The notes beneath the pieces are model-generated. The model made no database searches and was not told where the DNA came from. It was given only the letters and a program-made list of their open reading frames with translations. A stretch of DNA of 64,000 nt from NCBI GenBank assembly GCA_003646405.1, contig QNFR01000002.1, positions 4,526 through 68,525 on the forward strand. Reading direction: 5' to 3'. The position numbers were made by a program, and so were the translations under genes. Below are positions 34,562 to 44,288 of the stretch, in pieces (the first letter of the stretch is position 1; each line of letters opens with the position of its first letter). Source of the DNA: Gammaproteobacteria bacterium (GTDB lineage Bacteria; Pseudomonadota; Gammaproteobacteria; Pseudomonadales; Halieaceae).

Positions 34562-36475
34562 TCAACGCCGGATATTCAATTGTGCCTCCAGCAAAACAGG
34601 CCGCCCAATCCGCTCACTAATCATGCGTTTCAGTTCATCCACATGGATTACATCCAGACGCTGGGGCGAGCTCAAAACCACGCGCACCAGGTGAGGTTTA
34701 CTGAGCGTCACCCGAATATCATACACACGCACGGAAATACCCGCCAACTCCAGTTCCCCCGCCGGGATCTGCTCCTTTATCTGCTCCAGTATCCAGTCCT
34801 TCTCCACCATCCGCTCAAAAGCGATATAGAGCGGCGCACTGATTACTCCCATGATGAGCAGCGTCACCCCAAGCCCGGTGCGCGCCCGCTTGAAGGGAGC
34901 GAAACCGAGGACCAGAAAGGTAGCGCTGCCTGCCAGTGCGATGCCCACCAGGTTGGTAATGAGCAGCAGCAGTGCACCACCGGCCATATCCCAGTCAGCC
35001 CAGCCCAGCCCAATACCCGCCACACTCAGCGGTGGCACCAGGGCCACGGCGATGGCCACACCGGCCAGACCCTTGGCGATACCCTCTTTGGCATGGGCGT
35101 AGGCGCCGGCAATACCGGAGACCACGGCCACCAGCAGGTCTAGCAGTGTGGGCGACATGCGCGCCTGCATTTCCGCCGTGGGAATTTCCAGGGGCATGAT
35201 CCACGCCAGCACAATACCGCAGGCCAGGCCCCAGGCCACACCAATGGCCAGGGTGCGCAGTGAGTCCTGGATCAGACCCGGCTCGGTGCGGGCCAGCCCC
35301 ATGGCCAGTGATACGACAGGAGACATCAACGGCGCCAGCACCATGGCGCCGATAATAACCGGCGCGGAATTCGCGTAGAGCCCGGTGAGTGCGAGCAACA
35401 CGCTCAGCACCATCAATACCTGAAAGGCCGAGGACGCCGTGGCGTTGTCGCGTAGGGTAACGAATAACTCCCGGTAATCTTCCTCGCCGGCGTGACTGAA
35501 CAGGGGCAATTTTCTACCCGTCAGTGACCGCGCGGCCTCATCTACCGGAATATGGTTGAGTCGCACCGTTTCCCTGTCACTGGACTTGCGCTCATCGGGC
35601 CTTAGTAGCAGGGCCGGCCCCGGCAGCAGGCGCAACCTCTGTTCCAGCACCCTGAACTCAATTTCAGTAGCGTGTACCGGTTTGCCATCCAGCAGGTACT
35701 CGGTACCCCGGGGCGCTTCCAGAAAAACCCGATCACTCTGAATCAGCCCCAGTGAGAAGGGCAACTGCGACAGGCTGATTTTTTTCGGCCAAAGCAGGCG
35801 CAGTATGAACCACAAATAGCTGATAATACTGCGCGGCGCCAGCGCCAACACCGAAAGGCGTCCATCGGTGATACCCAGGTTTTCAGAAAATGCGCGTTCT
35901 GCCAACGTGCTATGGGTATGTCCCAGGGCAACCATGCCCAGGGCGGCGAGTTGGATGGTCCGCTCCTTGCCTGTGGTCAGCTTGTAGGGACTAAGGCGCA
36001 TTTTTCCCAGGCCTTTGAGCGCACCGACCAACAGGTTCCACAGCGTTTGATGACGATTGATATCGTTGGGCCGCAGGGCGAGAACCCGCCCCAGCACCAC
36101 TGAAGAGAAAACCAGTTCGTCGTTACAGGTCAGGACATCCGCCTCGATAGCCTCGAGTCCGACGTAGTGATTAAACACCTCCACCATCTCGCCCTTTACA
36201 CCCAGCGCGACCATGGCCTGGCGCGCCTCCGTGTGGGGCAGGAGGCCCACTTGCCACTGTCTCTGTAGTGCCTGATGAGCAATATCGCGAATCTGTTCGT
36301 CGCCCAGGCACAACAGCACCCTGGCGCCAGCAGGCGGTGTGTCGCGCTCGCTCCACGACACGGCGATAAATGGTGTTGCTGCGACACTTTGAGCAAGCGC
36401 CGCGGGATCCAGCGAGGTATCGTGAATCAAATAAAGCTCTGGCGGCTGCACCTCTACCTGCTCGTGGTCATCCAT
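34562..36475 (-). CDS. DUF389 (TIGR00341-type hydrophobic domain) membrane protein with ~300-aa N-terminal cytoplasmic domain
   Basis: The C-terminal half has the characteristic APVIIGAMVLAPLMSPV.. and VALVPPLSVAGIGL segments. The N-terminal half loosely resembles a diacylglycerol-kinase/NAD-kinase-like fold but lacks a GGDGT motif (LGDEQI in its place). Confidence 0.7.
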   Translation of the reverse strand: MDDHEQVEVQPPELYLIHDTSLDPAALAQSVAATPFIAVSWSERDTPPAGARVLLCLGDEQIRDIAHQALQRQWQVGLLPHTEARQAMVALGVKGEMVEVFNHYVGLEAIEADVLTCNDELVFSSVVLGRVLALRPNDINRHQTLWNLLVGALKGLGKMRLSPYKLTTGKERTIQLAALGMVALGHTHSTLAERAFSENLGITDGRLSVLALAPRSIISYLWFILRLLWPKKISLSQLPFSLGLIQSDRVFLEAPRGTEYLLDGKPVHATEIEFRVLEQRLRLLPGPALLLRPDERKSSDRETVRLNHIPVDEAARSLTGRKLPLFSHAGEEDYRELFVTLRDNATASSAFQVLMVLSVLLALTGLYANSAPVIIGAMVLAPLMSPVVSLAMGLARTEPGLIQDSLRTLAIGVAWGLACGIVLAWIMPLEIPTAEMQARMSPTLLDLLVAVVSGIAGAYAHAKEGIAKGLAGVAIAVALVPPLSVAGIGLGWADWDMAGGALLLLITNLVGIALAGSATFLVLGFAPFKRARTGLGVTLLIMGVISAPLYIAFERMVEKDWILEQIKEQIPAGELELAGISVRVYDIRVTLSKPHLVRVVLSSPQRLDVIHVDELKRMISERIGRPVLLEAQLNIRR

Positions 36476-36505
36476 AGTCGCTCCTTAAACTCTGCCCACG
36501 GTAAC

Positions 36506-36533
36506 CTAGTGTACTGCGGCGGGTAAAGTGCAC
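36506..36533. repeat. 28-nt repeat copy B (CTAGTGTACTGCGGCGGGTAAAGTGCAC)
   Basis: 27/28 identical to 6239-6266. Starts 31 nt upstream of the DUF389 gene start codon (36475, minus strand). Confidence 0.8.
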
Positions 36534-36605
36534 ATTCAGCGAGTCGCCAAAGGCCATCAGAAACGTGGCGAGTGGTGCGCGGTGCGCTCCAGAGTCTACC
36601 GAACA

Positions 36606-36674
36606 TCAAGATGCCGCTATATACCCACCATCCAGGGCAATAGTGTGGCCCGTCGAATCTTCAATGGCATGATT
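36606..36674 (-). pseudogene. possible 3'-terminal stub of an SDR gene
   Basis: The minus strand reads NHAIEDSTGHTIALDGGYIAAS*, matching the SDR C-terminal pattern ..ITG..I.VDGG....*. It begins at the stop codon of the upstream CoA-transferase gene and has no upstream SDR body. Confidence 0.4.
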
Positions 36675-37807
36675 CAGGCGATAGCGCCTGAGCTTTTGAG
36701 CCCGACAATTTCCTGCTCACCGAAGCCCATGGCGGTTAATACTTCATCGGTATCTTCACCAAAATCATGCCCGCCGTGCGCCACCGAAGACGGGGTGCGA
36801 CTGAAGCGCGGCGCCGGCGCCGGCTGGGTGATGCCGTCCACCTCGATATAGGTGTCACGCGCCACATTGGCCGGGTGTTGCGGCGCATCCACAAAATTCA
36901 GCACCGGAGCGAAACAGACATCCGTCCCCTCCATGATGTCACACCACTGGGCCTGTGTTTTTTGCCTGATAACAGCCGCCAACTTTTCCTTCATGAGCGG
37001 CCACCGGGACGCGTCGTTCTGGTTGCCAAAATCCTCCTCTGACAACTCTGCCAGCTCCTTTAGCAAGGCGTAAAACTGCGGTTCGATAGAACCTATGGAA
37101 ACGTATTCGCCGTCAGCGCATTCGTAGATATCATAGTAATGAGCCCCACCGTCGAGCATATTCGATTCGCGCTCGCCGGCGTCCCACATGCCAAACGCCT
37201 CCCAGCCGTGAAACATCCACATCAGCTGGGCAGCGCCGTCTACCATAGCGACATCAATAACCTGACCTTTACCCGAATTTGCCGCTTCCAACAGGGCCGC
37301 CAGGACGCCATTGACCAGCAACATGCCACCGCCACCCATGTCCCCCACCAGGTTCAGTGGCGCTACCGGCTTCTCATCTTTTCTGCCTATGGCATAGAGC
37401 GCACCAGTGATGGATATATAGTTGATATCGTGCCCGGCGGTGTGGGCCAGAGGGCCCTCCTGCCCCCAGCCGGTCATACGGGCGAAAATCAGTTTTGGGT
37501 TGCGCGCCATACAGACATCGGGCCCAATACCGAGCTTTTCACAAACACCCGGGCGGAAGGGATCGATGATAACGTCGGCGTTCTCCACCATGCGCAGCAA
37601 AGTCTCGATGCCGTCGGCATTCTTGAGGTTGAGCATCACCGACTTCTTGCCCCGGGCACTGACGTCCTTCATCACCAGGGCACTGGCACCTGAAGCCCGA
37701 TCGATACGGATGACCTCGGCGCCCATATCAGCCAGCATCATGCCGCCCATAGGCGCCGGCCCGATGCCCGCCAACTCTATTATCGTATAACCGTTTAATG
37801 GTCCCAT
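36674..37807 (-). CDS. family III CoA-transferase / alpha-methylacyl-CoA racemase-like protein
   Basis: ATG 37807 follows TAAGGAGG. Reads GPLNGYTIIELAGIGPAPMGGMMLADMGAEVIRIDR. Confidence 0.85.
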   Translation of the reverse strand: MGPLNGYTIIELAGIGPAPMGGMMLADMGAEVIRIDRASGASALVMKDVSARGKKSVMLNLKNADGIETLLRMVENADVIIDPFRPGVCEKLGIGPDVCMARNPKLIFARMTGWGQEGPLAHTAGHDINYISITGALYAIGRKDEKPVAPLNLVGDMGGGGMLLVNGVLAALLEAANSGKGQVIDVAMVDGAAQLMWMFHGWEAFGMWDAGERESNMLDGGAHYYDIYECADGEYVSIGSIEPQFYALLKELAELSEEDFGNQNDASRWPLMKEKLAAVIRQKTQAQWCDIMEGTDVCFAPVLNFVDAPQHPANVARDTYIEVDGITQPAPAPRFSRTPSSVAHGGHDFGEDTDEVLTAMGFGEQEIVGLKSSGAIA

Positions 37808-37817
37808 TTCGACCTCC

Positions 37818-38591
37818 TTAACGCGGTTGCATGCGAATGGCGCCATCCAGGCGGATACATTCACCGTTCACGTAGTCATTCTCTGCGATGAATACTGACA
37901 TGTGCGCGATCTCTGAGGGCTGACCGAGGCGCTGGGGATAGCACACACTGGCTTCCAGAGACTTGTAGACCGGCTCCGGCATCGCCTCGAACAGTGGCGT
38001 GTGAATCAGGCCCGGTACTATGGTGTTTACCCGGATGCCGTAGCTGGCCAGGTCACGCGCCATGGGCAGGGTCATGCCGATCACTCCGCCTTTACTGGCG
38101 CTGTAGGCCAGCTGGCCTATCTGGCCCTCATAACCGGCAACGGAAGCGGTGTTGATGATCACACCACGGCCGCCGTCATCGTTGAATGGATCATTTTTCG
38201 CCATCTGCTCAGCGGCGTAGCGCGATACATTGAACGTGCCCACCAGGTTGATATTGATGACCTGCATGTACTGGTCCAGTGGGAACACCCCATTTTTACC
38301 ATAGGTTTTGCAGGCGCTGGCAATGCCCGCATAGTTGTTGCAGATATGGAGGGCGCCAAATTTTTCTACAACACCCGCCACCGCGGTTTTGACCGAATTT
38401 TCATCCGCCACATTGACGTTGAAGAACGCGACATTGTCCGCGCCCAACTCAGCGATAACCTCATTGGCCTTATCTTCGTTCATGTCAAAGATGGCGACTT
38501 TCACACCCTTCGCCACATAGGCTGCAACCGTGGCGCGGCCCAGTCCTGAGGCACCGCCGGTGACAATCGCTACTTTTCCTGCGAGATCCAT
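37818..38591 (-). CDS. SDR, 3-hydroxyacyl-CoA dehydrogenase type II-like
   Basis: 257 aa. TGGASGLG, NNAG-like NYAG, YSASKGG. Confidence 0.85.
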   Translation of the reverse strand: MDLAGKVAIVTGGASGLGRATVAAYVAKGVKVAIFDMNEDKANEVIAELGADNVAFFNVNVADENSVKTAVAGVVEKFGALHICNNYAGIASACKTYGKNGVFPLDQYMQVININLVGTFNVSRYAAEQMAKNDPFNDDGGRGVIINTASVAGYEGQIGQLAYSASKGGVIGMTLPMARDLASYGIRVNTIVPGLIHTPLFEAMPEPVYKSLEASVCYPQRLGQPSEIAHMSVFIAENDYVNGECIRLDGAIRMQPR

Positions 38592-38614
38592 AAGTTTTCT
38601 CCCTGGTTCAATCG

Positions 38615-38907
38615 TTAAAAATTACGCCTGTTAAGTGGTACGTAATCATCCGCCAGGCACTCCCGGCCGATGATGATTTTCATCAACCGGGAACTGCCCG
38701 CGTAGATGGTGGCCATTTTCGCGTCCGTATACTGCCTGCTAACGGGGTATTGGTCCATATAGTCGTACCCGCCTTGCGAAAGGCCTCCCGACCGACAATT
38801 CCCGTCTCACGCCGGACCTCCATCTGTGGCACAATCTCCATGGCGAGGAATTTGCGCCGGGCATCGCAAAACATGGTTTGTTCTCCGGTAGACTCGCGTT
38901 GCAGCAT
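38615..38907 (-). pseudogene. acyl-CoA dehydrogenase remnant: N-terminal ~43 codons joined out of frame to C-terminal ~50 codons
   Basis: From ATG 38907 it reads ..STGEQTMFCDARRKFLAMEIVPQ..GREAFRKAG (ACAD N-terminus). In another frame, from about 38780, it reads QGGYDYMDQYPVSRQYTDAKMATIYAGSSRLMKIIIGRECL (ACAD C-terminal helix bundle). The stop lies 24 nt before the SDR gene. Confidence 0.65.
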
Positions 38908-39041
38908 GGCGCATCCCCTGGAGCCGTAGAATTGGGCGAAAAACAGTATGGAGAGCACGTGGCGGGTCAACAATGACCTGCCCCTACAAATAAATTGACA
39001 TAAAATCACAGCCAAACCGAATGGCTGGACCAGGGAGTACA

Positions 39042-40214
39042 ATGGAGCAGATTTTCCCGGAACATTGGGCTTTTATTTTTTTTGGCCTGATCTTCTCAAT
39101 CACCTGTGCCCAGATGCTGGTGGTTTATGTACTCAGTGACTCCGGCAACCCACCGGCGGGGCTGGGTATGTATACGGTGTACTTTATGGCCGCCCTGCTG
39201 GCCTGGATCGCCCTCACCCTGCAGCAGGGAGCCAGCATCCCCATGGCGGTGGATGTCCCCTCGGTGGCATCCATTCTCACCAGTTATATCCTGTTTATGG
39301 CCGCCGGGCAGCGGGCGGGTGTTACCCGCGGCCGCACGGTGCTCGGTATTATCTGCCTCATTGCCTGCCTCAGCGTATTCTTTTTGCCGCCACCACGCAT
39401 GTTCGTGGTGCAAACATCCGTCGCGGCGCTGTTTTTTGCCGGAGTGGGGCTGCTGTGCGGTTGGCGCGGCTGGCGGCAACGCAACATCGGAGACGCCATT
39501 ATCGCCTGGGCCGCGCTGACAATGGTGGTGGGTATACCGGCGGCTCTCTACCAGTTGTCCACAGCAGCCGACCTCCCCAAGGCCCAGGCCATCGCCTTTG
39601 GAGTACATAGCAGTGCCTACGCACTGGTGGCCATAGGCTTTCTGGCCAGCGTGCTCATCGAGTATCAGCAGTACCTGTCCCACCTGGCCACAGAAGACCC
39701 GCTCACCCGCCTGCTGAATCGCCGGGGGCTGGAAAGCGCTTTGTACATCAGTCTTGCGCATGCAGCCAGGCAGGGGCTCCCCACCGCGGCCATCATGGTG
39801 GATATAGACCACTTCAAGAAGGTAAATGATAGCTTCGGTCACAACACGGGAGATCAGGTCATACGCCAGGTGGCAGAAATTCTGCGGCAGACGACTCGTA
39901 CCAGTGATGTGGTGGCCCGCACCGGGGGTGAGGAGTACCTGCTGGTGCTGCCAGCCACCAGCCTGGATGCGGCGAGGACACTGGCCGAGCGCATCCGCCT
40001 GGCCATAGGTGAACGACCTTTAGTGGTAGACCACCAGCGTATCCCGGTCACCGTAAGTCTGGGTGTTGCCGGCGCCATGGGTGAAGTCGATTTGAACAAA
40101 TTGAGCCAGGAAGCAGACCGGGCCATGTACCTGGCCAAACGGGGCGGGCGCAACCGCGTTGCCTCAGTGGAAAACAAGCCCGTTCATCTCAGCACCGCCG
40201 CCAGCCGGGTCTGA
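39042..40214 (+). CDS. membrane-anchored GGDEF-domain protein (diguanylate cyclase family)
   Basis: About 6 N-terminal TM segments. GGDEF domain with LLNRRG, DIDHFKKVND.FGH..GD, and active-site variant GGEEY. Confidence 0.8.
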   Translation: MEQIFPEHWAFIFFGLIFSITCAQMLVVYVLSDSGNPPAGLGMYTVYFMAALLAWIALTLQQGASIPMAVDVPSVASILTSYILFMAAGQRAGVTRGRTVLGIICLIACLSVFFLPPPRMFVVQTSVAALFFAGVGLLCGWRGWRQRNIGDAIIAWAALTMVVGIPAALYQLSTAADLPKAQAIAFGVHSSAYALVAIGFLASVLIEYQQYLSHLATEDPLTRLLNRRGLESALYISLAHAARQGLPTAAIMVDIDHFKKVNDSFGHNTGDQVIRQVAEILRQTTRTSDVVARTGGEEYLLVLPATSLDAARTLAERIRLAIGERPLVVDHQRIPVTVSLGVAGAMGEVDLNKLSQEADRAMYLAKRGGRNRVASVENKPVHLSTAASRV

Positions 40215-40221
40215 GGGAGCA

Positions 40222-41223
40222 ATGTACGATCTGTCAATCTCCGTCTATTTCGCCAGGGCGGTGCTGAAGAATGCCGTAGCCCACGGACTGGACCCGGTTA
40301 GCCTGTTGCGCAAGAACCGCATTTCTCCGCGCCTGCTGCTGGAGGACAATGCCCGCATCTCCATCGAGCGCTACGCTGACCTGCAGGTCAGTACCATGCT
40401 GGCGATGGGGGACGAGGCACTGGGTTATGCTACCCGGCGCATGCCGGTCGGCTGCTGGACCATGATGTGCCACGCGGTGATTGGCTGCGAAACCCTGGGA
40501 CAGGCCCTTAGCCGCTATTGTCGCTTCTACCAACTCTTTGAATTCGGCATACACCCCTGCCTGGAAGAAGAGGGAGAGCAGGCCCGTATTCGCCTGATAC
40601 AACTGGACGATAATATCGATTCAGTCCCCTACCTGAGCGAGATGGTGTTATTCAATGCCCATCGCTTCGCCAGCTGGCTGGTGCAGGAACACCTGCCTAT
40701 CCAGATAGTAGAGCTGAACTACGCACCCCTGGCGCAACCTATCGATTACCGTCACATGTTCCTGGCCAACCCCGTGGAGTTTGAGCGACCACAATCGCAA
40801 TTGGTTCTATCCAGGGCTCTGCTGGACAAACGGGTTACCCAGAACGATACATCCCTGCGCCATTTCCTGCGCCACCCGGTGCTGATCATGCTCACCCAGG
40901 ACTACGCCAGCAACAGCTGGACCTCCCGTGTACGGGATATCGTGTGGCGCAAACTCGGAGATATGCCCGAGCTGAACGATGTAGCGGCAAAACTGGAGGT
41001 TCACCCCCAAACACTGCGCAGGCGCCTGTCGTCCGAAGGCACCACATTCAAGGAGATCAAGAACCAGGTGCGCCGTGATACGGCACTGCATTTCCTGGGC
41101 AAGCAGGGGCTGAGTATTGAGGAAATTGCCTACCGTGCCGGTTTTTCGGAGTCCAGCGCCTTTATCCGGGCCTTCAAGGGCTGGACGGGGGTGACGCCGT
41201 ATACCTATAGGAAAGGGCTGTGA
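40222..41223 (+). CDS. AraC-family transcriptional regulator
   Basis: ATG follows GGGAG. The C-terminal double HTH is ..IEEIAYRAGFSESSAFIRAFKGWTGVTPYTYR. Confidence 0.8.
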   Translation: MYDLSISVYFARAVLKNAVAHGLDPVSLLRKNRISPRLLLEDNARISIERYADLQVSTMLAMGDEALGYATRRMPVGCWTMMCHAVIGCETLGQALSRYCRFYQLFEFGIHPCLEEEGEQARIRLIQLDDNIDSVPYLSEMVLFNAHRFASWLVQEHLPIQIVELNYAPLAQPIDYRHMFLANPVEFERPQSQLVLSRALLDKRVTQNDTSLRHFLRHPVLIMLTQDYASNSWTSRVRDIVWRKLGDMPELNDVAAKLEVHPQTLRRRLSSEGTTFKEIKNQVRRDTALHFLGKQGLSIEEIAYRAGFSESSAFIRAFKGWTGVTPYTYRKGL

Positions 41224-41271
41224 GCCGCCATTTCGACCAGCGCGGCACTTTCTTAAGGCGGACGTGGGTAC

Positions 41272-41298
41272 GTCGGGCTGCACCCGGACATTTTTTTT
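41272..41298 (+). terminator. rho-independent terminator after the AraC gene
   Basis: GTCGGG-CTGCA-CCCGGAC hairpin (one bulge) followed by T8. Confidence 0.55.
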
Positions 41299-41447
41299 GC
41301 CATGCTCAGTTGGAACCCCACGCCTTTGCAAGACAAGAAACTCCCGGGTGCAGGTGCAGCTAACATCGCGGCGACGTTCAATGCGCTTGACCATCACATT
41401 CGATGGACTATATTAACCGCAGGAAGTGAAGCTATAAGGATATTTTA

Positions 41448-44288
41448 ATGCGAACCATCATGCGTACCCTGGCGATATTCTATATTGTCTATCTCGCCAT
41501 CGTTGTCCTGGTTATCACGCCGGCCCTCAATTTCCTGCCCTCGCGGATTGTACAGCAGACTTTTGGCAGGCAGTTGCACACCGAGATGGTGCTGTTCAAC
41601 CCCTTCACACTCGCCCTGGAGGTCCGCCAGGCGGAACTACCGGAGCTCGGGGGCGAGCGCTTCTTCGCGGTGGATAAGGCCGTCGTCAACCTGTCGTTGG
41701 AGAGTCTGTGGGCAGAAGGCTGGGTATTGGACGAGGTAAAGGTTCAGGGACTTTACGTCCACGTCATACGCCTGCCTGAGGACAAGTTCAATTTCTCGGA
41801 TATGATCAGCGACGAGCCGGATGAACCTGCCGCCGAAGATACCGGTGGCGGCATTCCCGGCCTGACCATACATGACTTCGATTTCCAGTCGCAGACAATA
41901 ATAATCACAGACGAGTCCCGGGAGACGCCCTACAGCACCCACTGGGACGGCCTGGCCATTCGTGTTCTGGATCTGTCTACAGTCCTTGAGGAAGGCAGGC
42001 CTTACAGCATCGATGTCTATGGTGAAGCCGGTGGGAGCCTGCACTGGAAGGGTGAAATATCCGTCCCCAATGCCTACAGCAAGGGTCACCTGGTGTTGAA
42101 AAACCTGGATCTTACTACTGGGTGGCGCTTCGCTGAACCGTGGGTTCAATTCGAGTTGAAGAACGGCCGCCTCAACGCCGAGGCCCGGTATCAGTTGGAT
42201 TGGAATGACGCATTCACCTATGGACTCACCGACGCCCGTTTAAATTTGTCTGCGATCGACATAGCGCCAAAAACAACTGTAGAGTTGCGCGATACCGCAC
42301 TGGAACTGCAGGGTTTCACTATCGGTGGGGTCACAGTGGACAGCAAGGCGCAACACGCCACCATCGATTCGGTCACCGTGGACGGTCTGGCATTGGCCGG
42401 CTGGAGTGAAGGCGCCAGAGTCAGCCTGGCGGAACTGTTCGCTGTGAAAACCTCCGCTGATCCAGCCGGGCAAGAGGAGGAAGAACCAAAACCCACAGCA
42501 CAAGAGGAAGATAGTGACAGTGGCTGGACAGCCGAAATCAAAACTACCCGCTTACAGAACAGCAGCCTGCGCTGGCGCTCTGAATTTACCGACCCTCCTG
42601 TGCTGGAGGTGGCCCCCTTTGAAGCCACTGTTGATGACGTTACATGGCCTCTGTCCGGCGACAGTCCGCTGTCCCTGAACATTGTGGCGAACCAGCAGGC
42701 AAAAATCGCCATTGACGGTGTCCTGGCACTGGCCAATGGCGACGGCAGCATCGGTTATAAACTGGAGGGGCTGCCGCTGATCTGGTTCAACCCCAACCTG
42801 CCAACCGCGCTCAAGGCGCAGTTGACCGGAGGCCAGGTGCAGGTCGACGGGGAAGTGGCGCTGGCTGGCTACGCACCCACCACGGTGCACCTCAGCGGTG
42901 CGGTCACTGACTTTTCCGGCAAGATGGAAGAAGAGGAAACCTCCCTTACCAGCTGGGATTCGGTGCGCTGGGAAGTGCTCGAAATCAACCTTGAGCAGCA
43001 CAGCGTCGCCATGAAAAAATTGTCGATCCACAAATTCTCCGGCCGCATACACATTGCGGAGGATGGCTCCATCAACGCCCAGAACATATGGCGGGAAGAA
43101 GTGGGTGAAAGAGCGGCGGAAATTGCCGAGGATTTGTCCCTGGACAAGCCCTGGACCGTCAGCATTCCGGGCATATTTATCACCGACAGTGCTGTCGATT
43201 TTATGGACCAGTCACTGCCTATTAATTTTCGCACAGTAATCGGCGATCTCAACGGTGAAGTGCTCGGCATCGCCACGGAGCCGGGGACAGTGGCAACAGT
43301 GGATATAAAAGGCTCGGTGGACGGCTACGCGCCAGTGGCACTGAAGGGTAGCGCCCAGGCTTTCAGCACGCCGCCCGCGCTGGACCTGAGCCTCACCTTC
43401 GACGGCGTCGACCTGGCCCTGCTAACACCCTACTCCAGCACCTATGCCGGTTATGCCATCGATCGCGGTTTGCTCACCCTGCATTTGCAGTATGCGTTGC
43501 AGAATAATCAACTGGTGGGCGACAACAGGGTGCTGATCGACCAGTTAAAGCTGGGCGATAAAGTCGACAGTGACCAGGCCGCTGATATCCCGTTGAAGCT
43601 GGGTCTGGCATTGCTGACTGACGCCAACGGCGTTATCGACTTGCAAGTACCGGTAAGCGGTAATGTCGATGATCCACAATTCAATGTGGGCAGCGTTATA
43701 TTCAAAGCCTTTGTCAACATCCTGACCAAGGCCGTGACGGCGCCTTTCAGCCTGTTGGCCAACCTGGTAGGCAGCGAAGAAGACCTGCAACGCATGACTT
43801 TCGCCTCAGGCTCGGCGCAACTGGATGAAGCGAGCAAAGCCAAACTGGGTCAGCTCACCAGCGCTCTCACCCAGCGCCCGGAACTGACGGTGGTACTCAC
43901 CGGCCGCCTCAATATCCCCGCCGATCGAGAAAGTCTGCAAAAAGTCACCCTGCAAGAGCAACTGGTAGCGGGGGGGTTGCCCCCGGAAGAACTCGACAGC
44001 AAGGGTCCCGCATGGGAAAAGGCTATCGGGGCGCGCTACGAGTCACTGCCGGCCAGTAGCGGACAATCTGCCGATTTGTCTTCGCATGAAATGTACCAGC
44101 AGGTGGCACAAAACATCGAGGTAAGCGACACCCGCATGATGGATTTGGCGCAGCAGCGCGCTGTCGCCGTGAAAGGTTATCTGGTCAACGAGGCACAGCT
44201 GCCCGCCGACCGGGCAGTGGTCGAAAAAGCCGACCTGGACGACAAGGCCAATATGTTCAGCGGCGTTGAACTGGGTATGGAAAACTAA
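41448..44288 (+). CDS. DUF748-type large periplasmic/envelope protein (AsmA-like)
   Basis: 946 aa. A single N-terminal TM anchor, then long beta-rich repeats. The N-terminal region resembles DUF748 proteins. Confidence 0.65.
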   Translation: MRTIMRTLAIFYIVYLAIVVLVITPALNFLPSRIVQQTFGRQLHTEMVLFNPFTLALEVRQAELPELGGERFFAVDKAVVNLSLESLWAEGWVLDEVKVQGLYVHVIRLPEDKFNFSDMISDEPDEPAAEDTGGGIPGLTIHDFDFQSQTIIITDESRETPYSTHWDGLAIRVLDLSTVLEEGRPYSIDVYGEAGGSLHWKGEISVPNAYSKGHLVLKNLDLTTGWRFAEPWVQFELKNGRLNAEARYQLDWNDAFTYGLTDARLNLSAIDIAPKTTVELRDTALELQGFTIGGVTVDSKAQHATIDSVTVDGLALAGWSEGARVSLAELFAVKTSADPAGQEEEEPKPTAQEEDSDSGWTAEIKTTRLQNSSLRWRSEFTDPPVLEVAPFEATVDDVTWPLSGDSPLSLNIVANQQAKIAIDGVLALANGDGSIGYKLEGLPLIWFNPNLPTALKAQLTGGQVQVDGEVALAGYAPTTVHLSGAVTDFSGKMEEEETSLTSWDSVRWEVLEINLEQHSVAMKKLSIHKFSGRIHIAEDGSINAQNIWREEVGERAAEIAEDLSLDKPWTVSIPGIFITDSAVDFMDQSLPINFRTVIGDLNGEVLGIATEPGTVATVDIKGSVDGYAPVALKGSAQAFSTPPALDLSLTFDGVDLALLTPYSSTYAGYAIDRGLLTLHLQYALQNNQLVGDNRVLIDQLKLGDKVDSDQAADIPLKLGLALLTDANGVIDLQVPVSGNVDDPQFNVGSVIFKAFVNILTKAVTAPFSLLANLVGSEEDLQRMTFASGSAQLDEASKAKLGQLTSALTQRPELTVVLTGRLNIPADRESLQKVTLQEQLVAGGLPPEELDSKGPAWEKAIGARYESLPASSGQSADLSSHEMYQQVAQNIEVSDTRMMDLAQQRAVAVKGYLVNEAQLPADRAVVEKADLDDKANMFSGVELGMEN

